From: an uncultured virus (IMG/VR IMGVR_UViG_3300032668_000010)
Lineage: Duplodnaviria > Heunggongvirae > Uroviricota > Caudoviricetes
Virus record (IMG/VR): IMGVR_UViG_3300032668_000010
Length of the DNA: 64,000 bases
Strand: one strand, 5' to 3'
The translations under genes were made by a program, and so were the position numbers. The stretch's first letter is position 1. Every line of letters begins with the position of its first letter. Below, piece by piece: positions 8,852 through 18,626 of the stretch. Under the pieces are notes generated by a model that did not search any database, was not told the origin of the DNA, and saw nothing but the letters and a program-made list of their open reading frames with translations.

Positions 8852-10117
8852 TTAGAACGTGCTGGCTGCTATTCGTTTCCAGGTATTGGTTGCTACGCAA
8901 ATATACATATAATTTGAATCATATGCTACTTGGCCTTGTACACCCGTTGAACTAGAAGTTGCAGGCGCACCAGAATGCAATACTACATTACCAAAAAAGC
9001 GTGTACTCTGATCGTTCTCAACACCAATGGCTTGTTTCTGTGCAACAAATGGAGTAGAACCTGTACCATCTGGTGTGGTCCAAACAGTAACATTACCACC
9101 GAGACCTGCTGTTACGTTGGCACCTTTGGCATAGAATCCAATAGACCCTACAGTATTAGGAACATTGGCTGTGGTACCAGATCCAGTAAATGTTAGAGCA
9201 TTAATGTATCCAACAAAGTCATTATTCTGTATACCAACGATAGTACCTGTTGCAAGATTGCCACGCAGACCGGTTATGCTGTAGCCTGCACTCGGACCGT
9301 TGTCACCTTGTGTGTACGCTATGTTACCTGTGTAGTTTGTACCTGCACTAACAGAGTTATAACTGCCCTGAGTACTAACACGGTCTTCACCTGTTTCTAA
9401 TGCAAGTGCTATAGGCAACGAATTAACTCCGTAGCCGATTAAAAATGTAGAATTTACTGTTGCATTAAAATATAATTCTGGATCACGGAAAGTGGCACGG
9501 TTACGCGATAAGTCAAAAATTTGATAATTGTTACCGCCGTCGATACTACTAAAGTCAAACAGGTAACTGCCCGGTGAACCTTGGTCAGTAGCTTGGTCAA
9601 ATGTGATAGTTTGTGTACCATCACCGTTTGGTTCAGACCAGGCAATATCGTTAATACCGATAGTAACACTACTTGGAGTTGTTACAGTATGTGAAGTATC
9701 AGTGACCTGAATCCATACACGCATAACACCGTAGCCCAATGCACCAGTACCAGTTGATGTTGGCCAGTTGATAAATTTTAATGTAATTGGACCAGCTGTG
9801 GTAATCTTTTGGAAGTTGGCCTGGTCAAAGTCCAATATTGCTACGCCAGAGACCGCACCCAAGTCCAATAAACTTTGTGTCCAACTAGCCAATTGTGGAC
9901 GACGAATCTGTGTTCCTGCCATGTCATTGTTTAATGGCTGACCAGTTAATGCTGTAGTTACAAGAGCTTTGGATTGCAGATCGCTAATCTCAGACCCTGC
10001 AAATGTAAAATTGTTTTTAATGTTGGTAAAGTTGTCGCGGAAGCCCTGGCTACTGTTATTTTGGTTAGCAATCGGGAATGTACCGTCGACGTTGTATGGA
10101 TTAATATTTGATGGCAT
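8852..10117 (-). CDS. Virion structural protein (baseplate/fibre-like)
   Basis: G/T/N-rich; N-terminus shared with 10132-10437; C-terminal GQVAYDSNYMYICVATNTWKR. Confidence 0.7.
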   Translation of the reverse strand: MPSNINPYNVDGTFPIANQNNSSQGFRDNFTNIKNNFTFAGSEISDLQSKALVTTALTGQPLNNDMAGTQIRRPQLASWTQSLLDLGAVSGVAILDFDQANFQKITTAGPITLKFINWPTSTGTGALGYGVMRVWIQVTDTSHTVTTPSSVTIGINDIAWSEPNGDGTQTITFDQATDQGSPGSYLFDFSSIDGGNNYQIFDLSRNRATFRDPELYFNATVNSTFLIGYGVNSLPIALALETGEDRVSTQGSYNSVSAGTNYTGNIAYTQGDNGPSAGYSITGLRGNLATGTIVGIQNNDFVGYINALTFTGSGTTANVPNTVGSIGFYAKGANVTAGLGGNVTVWTTPDGTGSTPFVAQKQAIGVENDQSTRFFGNVVLHSGAPATSSSTGVQGQVAYDSNYMYICVATNTWKRIAASTF

Positions 10118-10131
10118 TTAATGTTTCCTGA

Positions 10132-10437
10132 TTAACTTAATGTTACGTTGGCCCACTTAGTGCCGTTATACACCTGAATATTTCCTGTGGTGTAGTTATA
10201 TACTGTCATGCCTATTGCGGTTGGAGTTATGGCATTTACTTGAGTTGTAGTTAAATTGGCAAATTGTATAGCACTTGTTAAAGTAACGTTACCTTGTAAT
10301 GCTGAAATCTCAGAAGCTGCTGTGATAAAGTTGGTTTGTATATTCTGAAAGTTAGATCTAAAACCTTGTGTGTCGTTATCCTGCCCTGCGATTGGGTAGG
10401 TGATATTTATAGTAGCTGGGTTAATATTTGATGCCAT
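10132..10437 (-). CDS. Small virion structural protein
   Basis: MASNINP..YPIAGQDNDTQGFRSNF; GMTVYNYTTGNIQVYNGTKW. Confidence 0.65.
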   Translation of the reverse strand: MASNINPATINITYPIAGQDNDTQGFRSNFQNIQTNFITAASEISALQGNVTLTSAIQFANLTTTQVNAITPTAIGMTVYNYTTGNIQVYNGTKWANVTLS

Positions 10438-13400
10438 TAGTTAAACACTCCGTATTGTGGAAATTTTAAGTATTTATCCTGACTTCCCGGTGTATAGTAA
10501 CTATCTCTATAGTTAAAGAACTTGGTAGTGTCGCCGTTAAAGGTAGTTTTCTTAGCAACAGAATTGGCTTGATACTTGTAAACAGCATAGAATGGAACTG
10601 TTTGGCCCGGACTTAAAATTTGGTCGTAGTAAACAATAGCAGTACCATAGGTTACACCAAAAAATACTCGTATACGATCACCTGGGGTAATTTCCTGTAT
10701 AAAGTTTAACTGTACCACATCGTTAACAACTGTAATCTGCCATATGCCGCCGCGCTGATTAACTGGGGCAAGTCCCTGTGATTTTTCTAAGTATCCGGGT
10801 ATTAGTGTGTACGTATCATAACTTTCAGAATCGTAACCTTCAATCCGGGTCGTAGTAGTATTATTGCCGATCCATGCATCCATGTAATCTACCCAGCCAT
10901 CGTAAGGACCAGGATCTAAGAATTTTTCTTGTTTTGCAAATATCAGTGTATCGCCTGTGCCAAATGTAGTAATTCCGTCTATACCACCGTTGGCAATAAT
11001 ATACTCTACTGTTCTGCCGTTGATCTGACTAAATGGCACGGTTACTGCATAATTAACAGAAGCAACCAACGCACCAATATTGCTATTTGGTAATGCATCG
11101 AAGGTTGTTTCTTTACCTAAGGTATATTGATCAGTTGTGGTATTAAAGTTTGAAGTATAGAAATCGTCTAAGAAATATCTATCAACAGTAAAGTCTATAT
11201 TATTAAAATTAATACCTGAATTTTGTAAACGATACGCAATTAATTTACTTGCGCCCGGTACAGTATAGGCCAGTACCGACGCTTGCACATAACCCAGCGG
11301 AGTACTAAATGTTCCATTAGTGGTACCAGGTTGGTTACTGGTCATCCAGGGTGGCAAACTACTTTGATCGTAGTATCCGACACCGGTTGTTAATCTACTG
11401 ATCATATTCTGACTACTATCAGGATATACTATTTTATATTCTGCACCTGTGGCATCAATATATGGATTAGTAATAGTATTGGTTAAATCTATTTCTAATT
11501 CAGCACCATTGCCGTTGCTATTTAGAGTAGGGTCAACGATATCAATATATACTACTTCGTATTTTACATTATAGTTACTGTCCAATACCACGGCTGTTTT
11601 AATATCACCAAACTTGAAATTTTTAGTATAATGATTTTTAGCCATTGCATTAGCATAAGTTAATAAATCGCTAGGCTTTAGTCCTGGTAAAAATAACATC
11701 TCAATATCTTTAGCAATACCAAACCATGGATCATCGATTCGATAAATTAATTCAGGCACAAATATTTCTGTATTGTTTACAACACTATTAAAGATTTGAC
11801 GTTGGTCCCACTTTAACATTGCCTGTAGATATAAATTATCATATGGTTCAATATCAATAATATCTAGTGTTAATGTAAACTCTCTTACTGCGGTTGCAGT
11901 ACCATCTGCAGTTGATACTTGAACAGTAAAGTTGTAAACTCTATCAAATGATTCAGTGTTGCCGTCGATAGTGGTTGCAAAATCATCTAGGCAGAACGCT
12001 TCAAACGTAACACGTCCACTTATTTCACCTGAAGGCAATAACGATAGGCCTTGCGGTAATCTAATAGGCACACCAGGAGCATCAACTAAGGTATATACCA
12101 ATGGCTTGCCTTCAACACTGGTAGCTGTCAGTACTATCTCGCTGACCTGTCCGTTATTAACAGTTCCAAGATTTTCTGGACTATTCCATTGAATGATATT
12201 GTTAATATCGCCCAAGACCGGTAAGTTAAAATAAATTGGGTTACTTGCGTAAGTTACGTTACCTCTGATTTTACTAACCTGTACACCAAACGAATAATTT
12301 TCATAAGATGAACTTTGTGTTGTTAGTTTACCATATAACCAACCTGTAGATGCATCCAATAGTAGTCCTGGTAAGTTGGTTGTTGATCCGGAACCGGACC
12401 CACTGCTATCAAATCCAACACCGCCGATGTGTGTAATGTCATCACCTTGATAGTCAAAGCCGGCATCTAATCCGTAGACATAGGCATCAAACGTGCCGGA
12501 TGTATTTGATAATGAATATGTTATGACATCGCCTTGGAAATCCATTCCTTCAAATTTGTAAGCATAGTAACTACCACTACGTGCAGTTGGCAATGTTGTT
12601 ACATTGCCGTTTAAGATAACTGGAATATAGGTATTAATTGTATCGGTTGTTAGGTATGTATTGTCGACTGTGATGTTACCATTGTCTGTGGTATATCCGC
12701 TACGACTTACAACGTCAATGATATAAGTTTGTAAATCATAATTTGCGCCATCATAGGCCTGGATTGTAAAATTATAGCTTAGTGTTTGATTTAATTGATT
12801 AAAATCGTATGGTCCAAGATCATATTCAGCTGCATCAAGAATTTCATTATTGGCACCAGGTGCAGGAATATTGCTATCATATCCGGCTGGACCAAATGCA
12901 CCAATTAATTGTAAAGGTTGTATGTACCCACTTAGTAATCCAGTAGAACTTAATGTTACACCAGATGGTAAACTACCAATGTTTGACCAGGTAATTGCTA
13001 CGTTGGGATTTAATTCGTTAACTGATAATTGCTGACTATAGTATGTACCATCAAAGAATGATCCTAGCAAGGTAGTTGCTGGTTCAATGACTGGACCGTA
13101 TACGTTGGTTACACTTAAACTAAATGCTTGATCTCTAATGTGTCCAAAGTTTGTAGTAGCACGGATTGTAAATCTAAATGTTTCTGCTGTATCAACTTGT
13201 ACTGCATTTAACAATGTCGGTACACCTTGCAATGATCCGGTGGCAACAACACCCATACCCGGTGGCAATTCGCCAGAAACAAAGGTAAAGGTTACAGTAG
13301 TGTTGGCCGTTGTTGTTTCTACTTGCAATGGTAATTGATAAAATTCACCATTGGGAACCGTACCTAGGTCACCGGGAGGCGTAACCCAGGTTAAATCACT

Positions 13401-14006
13401 GTTAACGGTGTTGGTTAGAATAATAGCAAACGCACCATCAATTGGTTTAGTATTGTCTGAGCCGGAGACTCTAACAATAAAATTATAGCTTAAAGTTGTA
13501 AAATAATTATTGCTTGGAGAACTATAAGTAGGAGTACCGGATATTATACCTGTACTACTCATGGTCATACCAGGTGGTAAACTTCCACTAATAACTTGAT
13601 ATGTTAATGTTGCGCCGTTGTTGGCACTATCAAATGCCTGTACTTCTATAGAGATAGGCAAGCCAATGCCCAAATTGGCCAAAGACCCAAGCGGGGTAAT
13701 CCATTCTAGTTGTGGCGGATTGATAACAGCAATACTAAAATCGCCTATGATAGAACTAACACCATCGGCAACAAGTATTTCAAATGTTGATGAATAATTG
13801 TTATTCTGACTATAATCGGGCACACCGGAAATTACACCAGTTGCTCCGTTTAAGGTCATGCCCGAAGGCAACGACCCACTAACAAGAGTAAAGGTTGGTG
13901 TATTGTTTGGATTGGATTCATTAACTGATAAAGTAACAGAGGATAATGAACCCTTAGATAATGTAGCAAGTTGACCTTGCTGGCTAACCCAACTTAATGT
14001 TGACAT
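10437..14006 (-). CDS. Baseplate wedge-like protein with repeated Ig-like (He_PIG-type) domains
   Basis: Repeated SGSLPxG(M/L)TL...G.ISG.P; 1189 aa in structural module. Confidence 0.75.
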   Translation of the reverse strand: MSTLSWVSQQGQLATLSKGSLSSVTLSVNESNPNNTPTFTLVSGSLPSGMTLNGATGVISGVPDYSQNNNYSSTFEILVADGVSSIIGDFSIAVINPPQLEWITPLGSLANLGIGLPISIEVQAFDSANNGATLTYQVISGSLPPGMTMSSTGIISGTPTYSSPSNNYFTTLSYNFIVRVSGSDNTKPIDGAFAIILTNTVNSDLTWVTPPGDLGTVPNGEFYQLPLQVETTTANTTVTFTFVSGELPPGMGVVATGSLQGVPTLLNAVQVDTAETFRFTIRATTNFGHIRDQAFSLSVTNVYGPVIEPATTLLGSFFDGTYYSQQLSVNELNPNVAITWSNIGSLPSGVTLSSTGLLSGYIQPLQLIGAFGPAGYDSNIPAPGANNEILDAAEYDLGPYDFNQLNQTLSYNFTIQAYDGANYDLQTYIIDVVSRSGYTTDNGNITVDNTYLTTDTINTYIPVILNGNVTTLPTARSGSYYAYKFEGMDFQGDVITYSLSNTSGTFDAYVYGLDAGFDYQGDDITHIGGVGFDSSGSGSGSTTNLPGLLLDASTGWLYGKLTTQSSSYENYSFGVQVSKIRGNVTYASNPIYFNLPVLGDINNIIQWNSPENLGTVNNGQVSEIVLTATSVEGKPLVYTLVDAPGVPIRLPQGLSLLPSGEISGRVTFEAFCLDDFATTIDGNTESFDRVYNFTVQVSTADGTATAVREFTLTLDIIDIEPYDNLYLQAMLKWDQRQIFNSVVNNTEIFVPELIYRIDDPWFGIAKDIEMLFLPGLKPSDLLTYANAMAKNHYTKNFKFGDIKTAVVLDSNYNVKYEVVYIDIVDPTLNSNGNGAELEIDLTNTITNPYIDATGAEYKIVYPDSSQNMISRLTTGVGYYDQSSLPPWMTSNQPGTTNGTFSTPLGYVQASVLAYTVPGASKLIAYRLQNSGINFNNIDFTVDRYFLDDFYTSNFNTTTDQYTLGKETTFDALPNSNIGALVASVNYAVTVPFSQINGRTVEYIIANGGIDGITTFGTGDTLIFAKQEKFLDPGPYDGWVDYMDAWIGNNTTTTRIEGYDSESYDTYTLIPGYLEKSQGLAPVNQRGGIWQITVVNDVVQLNFIQEITPGDRIRVFFGVTYGTAIVYYDQILSPGQTVPFYAVYKYQANSVAKKTTFNGDTTKFFNYRDSYYTPGSQDKYLKFPQYGVFN

Positions 14007-14007
14007 A

Positions 14008-16371
14008 TTATAATATTACCACTTCAATAATTTTAATACCATCTGTTAAATCTGTTTCGAGTGCTTTGGCAAATACAGCTTGTCCAAAAGCTAAACTTGT
14101 TCCTACACTAACTGCATATCCTGCTGTTTGACTAGTTACCAAGCTATCACCTTTGGTAACAGGACCAGTAACTTGACATGGAATACGTCCACGCAAGGCC
14201 AACGGTAATCCTTCTGCTTCACGATTCATTAAGTATGCTGGGTTAGTAGATATAGCACCTGCAACACGTGCGTCGGCAAATGTTGTAGTGGTTGTAATTT
14301 CCTTGTCACCGCCAAATACAACAACGGTACCTGGTTGGTATTCAACATCGCCGACATAGTTTTCTGCCAAGTCGGCGTATAGTGCTGTAGTTGCTGTGGC
14401 AAAAATTGTATTAAACGCTGCACCGGCAGAACCAATATTACCTGTACCAGTTGTGCCACTGTGTACAATACTTGGAACTGTTAATCCAGATAGTGTTACT
14501 GTTCCTAAATTACCATTGTAGCCAGGCAAGTAAGCGGCTACGTTGGAATTTGTATATGAACTAGCAACAATAGAAGCATTAGCGGCTGTAATGTTGGCAC
14601 GTAATCCAGAGATCTCTGTTTCTTGCGTTGACGCATTGGCTGTCCATGCTGTAGTAACTGCATCAACATATGATTTCATTCCAGTGTTGGCTGTAACAAT
14701 AGCGGCATTGGCAGCAACAACGTTGGCAATCATTGCGGTGTTTAGAGTATTTACATAACTAACCACTGCGGCGTTAGCCGTAACGATAGCGGCGTTGGCA
14801 CCGGTAATTTGGTTACTTAAGGTAACTTCGTTAGCATTATTGGTCTGTATACTAGTATATAATACTGCGGTATTAGCTTGCCATGCATTGTTTACACTAA
14901 CAATAGCGGCGTTGGCGGCAGTTACGTTGGCATTTGTGGCTGTTAATTGTGGAGTAGTTGCAACTCCAGACAATGCAATACCATTACCATTGAAATATGC
15001 AGCAGTTACGTTACCGGTTGCAGTTTCAATCGATCCACTTATATTACCAATGAACCAAGGAGCAGTAATGTTACCGGACGTGGCTAAACTAGTTAAGTTA
15101 TTGATACTTGCACCAGACATGTTTAACTGACTAGTAACTGTTACTGTACCTGCACCAACTGATGTTGCACTTATTCCGTTTGTGTTGATAGATCCAGAAC
15201 TACTAATTGTAGTGTTACCACTGCCTATGCTTAAACTACTAATATTGTTTTGTGCTCCATAAATCTGTCCAGTAAAACCAAACGCATTTACGTTACCACC
15301 AATACCAACTCCGCCGTAGTAAACAACAGCGCCAGTTGTGGTACTGGTACTTGGAGTAACAGAAGTGTAAACAATGTTGCCTGTGATGGCTGCACCGGCA
15401 GTATACAGGGTACCAAATCCGGTTGATCCAGTTGTAAGAACTTGTCCGCCGTATGCAAAAATATTTCCGGTGACAGATAAATTACCAAGTACACTACCTG
15501 TAACAGAAGCGTTACCGATGGTTGCAGTTGTTGATACAATGTTACCGTAATGAGTTGCAGCATACACGTTGCCAGCAACACCAACACCACCTGCAACAAT
15601 TAATGCACCAGTTGATGTACTTGTTGATACAGTTGTATTACTTAAGAATTGGCTACCAAATTGGGTATTACCATACACACCACCATAGTTAATACTGTTA
15701 CCAGTAGTTGCATTAAATGGAGTTTGGTAATAGATAAAATTATCTGTTGCGGCTTGGAAACCAAAGTATGCGAAATTGTTTGCACCAGCTTGGTTATATT
15801 GGCCCAAGATACCAACGTCTTTAGGAACACCAACAACAACGTTTGGCTGTAACTCTAAGATACTTGCACTTGATTGTAAAGAAACAGTATTGACCTGAAC
15901 CAAACCTTGTGTGTATAAATTACGGAAGAAGTTACTTGGGCTACCCAAGTCGTAGGTTAAGTTTGCTGTGGGAATAATAGCTGCACCAACACTGACATTG
16001 CCGTTGAACTGGCTAGTTCCGGAGATAGTAATATTGCCTACGTAGGTATTACCACTGTGGATACTGGTGCCTAAACTGTAAAATCCATTATTGGCAGTTA
16101 CATTTCCGCCGGTGATATTTCCGCTAAAACTTGCAGTGGTGCCTGTTGCATTTGCAACAAACAAATTACTAGTTGTGACGTAGTTTGTGTTTAGTTGTTG
16201 TTGAACGTTTGCATTTAACCAGTCTTGAATTGGCTGTGCCAATTGTTGTGACACATTAGCAAAACTTTCGTTAACTTTAATAAATGCATCACGAATATCA
16301 TCGCCTGTACCGTCGTTAGGTCGAGTACCATCGTTAATACTTATAATTTGGTTAGGGTTCCAAAATGCCAT
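14008..16371 (-). CDS. Tail fibre protein with putative C-terminal intramolecular chaperone
   Basis: N-terminal NDGTGDDIRDAFIKVN (gp9/gp10-like); GGVGI.GNV repeats; ANAAIV coiled coil; ADLAENY...GRIPC C-terminus. Confidence 0.75.
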   Translation of the reverse strand: MAFWNPNQIISINDGTRPNDGTGDDIRDAFIKVNESFANVSQQLAQPIQDWLNANVQQQLNTNYVTTSNLFVANATGTTASFSGNITGGNVTANNGFYSLGTSIHSGNTYVGNITISGTSQFNGNVSVGAAIIPTANLTYDLGSPSNFFRNLYTQGLVQVNTVSLQSSASILELQPNVVVGVPKDVGILGQYNQAGANNFAYFGFQAATDNFIYYQTPFNATTGNSINYGGVYGNTQFGSQFLSNTTVSTSTSTGALIVAGGVGVAGNVYAATHYGNIVSTTATIGNASVTGSVLGNLSVTGNIFAYGGQVLTTGSTGFGTLYTAGAAITGNIVYTSVTPSTSTTTGAVVYYGGVGIGGNVNAFGFTGQIYGAQNNISSLSIGSGNTTISSSGSINTNGISATSVGAGTVTVTSQLNMSGASINNLTSLATSGNITAPWFIGNISGSIETATGNVTAAYFNGNGIALSGVATTPQLTATNANVTAANAAIVSVNNAWQANTAVLYTSIQTNNANEVTLSNQITGANAAIVTANAAVVSYVNTLNTAMIANVVAANAAIVTANTGMKSYVDAVTTAWTANASTQETEISGLRANITAANASIVASSYTNSNVAAYLPGYNGNLGTVTLSGLTVPSIVHSGTTGTGNIGSAGAAFNTIFATATTALYADLAENYVGDVEYQPGTVVVFGGDKEITTTTTFADARVAGAISTNPAYLMNREAEGLPLALRGRIPCQVTGPVTKGDSLVTSQTAGYAVSVGTSLAFGQAVFAKALETDLTDGIKIIEVVIL

Positions 16372-16382
16372 AGCTCATTAAT

Positions 16383-16412
16383 CCTTATATACGTTATTTA
16401 TCGCATATAAGG
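16383..16412 (-). promoter_or_regulatory. Late promoter in loop of an 11-bp RBS-sequestering hairpin
   Basis: CCTTATATGCG-ATAAATAA-CGTATATAAGG; SD AAGG in 3' arm. Confidence 0.7.
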
Positions 16413-16447
16413 CAAAGCCAGTTTTGGTTTGGAATTAAGTAGGAGTA

Positions 16448-16774
16448 TTACTCAGGGCTAAAGCTAGATCCGCAACCACAGGATGTTACAGCATTGGGAT
16501 TTTTGATGCTAAAACTACTGCCCATGTCAGATTCGACATAATCTATAACAGCACCTTGTAGGTAATTACTGCTCATAGAATCTACGTAGACAGTTACACC
16601 ATCAACTTCGATATCCCAATCATCCTCGGCTTGAGTATCGTCTAGGGTAAATCCATAGCTCATGCCTGAACAACCGCCGCCTTGTACAAATACTCGTAAC
16701 TTAAGGTCAGGATTGTTTTCTTCTGCCAGGATATCTTTAATTTTTACTACTGCTGAGTCTGTTATTGTTATCAT
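16448..16774 (-). CDS. erpA: A-type Fe-S carrier (ErpA/IscA/HesB)
   Basis: [26 protein letters not shown]. Confidence 0.92.
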   Translation of the reverse strand: MITITDSAVVKIKDILAEENNPDLKLRVFVQGGGCSGMSYGFTLDDTQAEDDWDIEVDGVTVYVDSMSSNYLQGAVIDYVESDMGSSFSIKNPNAVTSCGCGSSFSPE

Positions 16775-17316
16775 AATCTGCGGTTAACAGCGGCCCAATC
16801 AATGATGCGCCAAATGTTATCTAAATACTTGTCTTTTTTACTACCGTAATCATTTTGAAAAGCGTGTTCCCACATATCAACTAGTAGTGCTATGTCAGTA
16901 CGTTTTGCATGATTGTGTATTGTTTTAATTTGCCCGGATTTGCTTAGATAGCACCAACCCGACCCTTGAATCTTCATTGCTTCCGCTTTGAAGTTCTTTT
17001 TAAAGTCTACAAAGTTAGTATGGTGGCGATTGATAATATCTAAAATCTGTCCATGCGGTTTACTTACGCCAGGATGTTTAAATTGACTAAAGAATATACT
17101 GTGCAAATAAGCACCAGCTTCATTGAAATTGCGATCACCTTCGTGTTTATTAAAGCGATCAACATATCCTTTATACAACTTACCATAGTGCAAATCAATA
17201 AGCGCAGAACTCATTACAGGAGCCAATGCTGTACGAGCATAAGGCAGTTTAATCTGCTCTAGGTTGCCTTTTTCTTTTGCTTCTAGGAGGTCTATTGTTT
17301 TGCGTATATCGTTCAT
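16771..17316 (-). CDS. sod: Fe/Mn superoxide dismutase
   Basis: LPY..LAP, LHYGK, LHSIFF, GSGW, DMWEHA. Confidence 0.9.
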   Translation of the reverse strand: MNDIRKTIDLLEAKEKGNLEQIKLPYARTALAPVMSSALIDLHYGKLYKGYVDRFNKHEGDRNFNEAGAYLHSIFFSQFKHPGVSKPHGQILDIINRHHTNFVDFKKNFKAEAMKIQGSGWCYLSKSGQIKTIHNHAKRTDIALLVDMWEHAFQNDYGSKKDKYLDNIWRIIDWAAVNRRL

Positions 17317-17320
17317 ACTA

Positions 17321-17539
17321 CTATTTATTACGATATACCACTCTACCGCGATTCATATCGTAAGGGCTCATTTCAACATCAACTGAGTCGCCTAGTAATA
17401 TGCGTATATTATTTTGTCTTAATCTACCGCCGATTGTGGCAGTAATTTTATGTCCATTTTCTAGAATTATTCGAAACATAGCGTTTGGCAAACATTCTTC
17501 GACGATACCCGACATTTCAATTGTATCTTCTTTTGCTAT
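17321..17539 (-). CDS. infA: Translation initiation factor IF-1 (probable ATA start)
   Basis: (M)[51 protein letters not shown]. Confidence 0.92.
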   Translation of the reverse strand: MAKEDTIEMSGIVEECLPNAMFRIILENGHKITATIGGRLRQNNIRILLGDSVDVEMSPYDMNRGRVVYRNK

Positions 17540-17568
17540 TTTAATTCCCCTTTATATATGTATATTAT

Positions 17569-17967
17569 TTATCGCCGCATGGTACTGATATCAACTGCTT
17601 CTTCGTTGCTAAACACAGGAATACCATTTGATTTGTGTAAGGTAGAAATACCAAGTACCTTGGTACCGGTGTATTCTTGGTTGGGCGCAGTTGTGCAAGC
17701 AACCCATCCAGTATCTCGACTGGCAATGTGCGGAGTTTCGCGACCGGGTGGAGTTCGCGGAGCACCCATAGACCAGTCAGTTTTGCGTTTGGGTGCAGGC
17801 TTGTTATTACTAAATCTAGGTTTCATTCGATCAAACTCTTTTAGCTTGAGTTCCCAGTCAGTCTTGCGCTGTTCGGCCTTATGTTTAGCTTCAGCGGATT
17901 CCCACTTTTTGGGACCTTTCTTTTTACCGGTGGTACTGAGCCACGGGCCTTCTAGATGCATTGTCAT
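17569..17967 (-). CDS. Phage hypothetical protein
   Basis: YTGTKVLGISTLHKSNGIPVF; promoter TCGACC-17-TATAAT ends 7 nt before ATG (possibly leaderless). Confidence 0.65.
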   Translation of the reverse strand: MTMHLEGPWLSTTGKKKGPKKWESAEAKHKAEQRKTDWELKLKEFDRMKPRFSNNKPAPKRKTDWSMGAPRTPPGRETPHIASRDTGWVACTTAPNQEYTGTKVLGISTLHKSNGIPVFSNEEAVDISTMRR

Positions 17968-17982
17968 AGTAAGTATTATAGC

Positions 17983-18336
17983 TTATTTAGATTTATCGGT
18001 CGACTGTGGAATCCAGTTGTGCTTGGCACACAGGATATGATTCAATGATTCAAAGTAAAAAATGTGATCGGGATAGCGTGATTTAAGTACAGTGATAATC
18101 TCTTCATCGGACTTGCCCTGCCCTAGAAACTTGTTGTTGTCCTGATCAAACCAGTAATAAACATCGTTATGCTTTTCTACTTTGACACGGTGTACAATCT
18201 CATCCAGGCGTTTAACCAGTTGGTCGTGTAGTAAATCCGCAGAGGATTTGTAATGATTTGTAATCCCGATAATGAGTTGCACAATAAAATACGTGCAAGC
18301 AAGCCAGAGTAATAATAGAGTGGTATCTTCGAACAT
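17983..18336 (-). CDS. Membrane-anchored hypothetical protein
   Basis: N-terminal hydrophobic helix. Confidence 0.55.
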   Translation of the reverse strand: MFEDTTLLLLWLACTYFIVQLIIGITNHYKSSADLLHDQLVKRLDEIVHRVKVEKHNDVYYWFDQDNNKFLGQGKSDEEIITVLKSRYPDHIFYFESLNHILCAKHNWIPQSTDKSK

Positions 18337-18340
18337 AAAA

Positions 18341-18586
18341 TTATTTATTTTTTAAACTCTCTTTGATCTTGTCTTGGCTTTCTAAGATACCTGCTTGGAT
18401 TTTAATCATGTTGTATGTGGCAAACAGACAGAATCCAGCTAAAAGAGTTCCAATGACCTGAGTCGCAGTTGGTTGAATATACAGTAATACTTCAGCAGTT
18501 ATCATGCCAACGACAGCAGCAAATGCGAAATATCCCAAGGTTTGAGCGGTTGCTTTTACTACATACTTATTAATTTTCATATACAT
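18341..18586 (-). CDS. Two-TM membrane protein
   Basis: Two hydrophobic segments. Confidence 0.55.
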   Translation of the reverse strand: MYMKINKYVVKATAQTLGYFAFAAVVGMITAEVLLYIQPTATQVIGTLLAGFCLFATYNMIKIQAGILESQDKIKESLKNK

Positions 18587-18626
18587 CCTTTTCCGAAGTT
18601 ATTGTTAATTTTCTACTACAACTACA

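Noticed and set aside
14520..15000. ANAAIV repeats as a DNA repeat element
   Set aside because: They are coiled-coil protein repeats inside the tail fibre ORF.
17558..18040. 160-aa plus-strand ORF
   Set aside because: Antisense to a well-formed minus-strand gene that has its own promoter.
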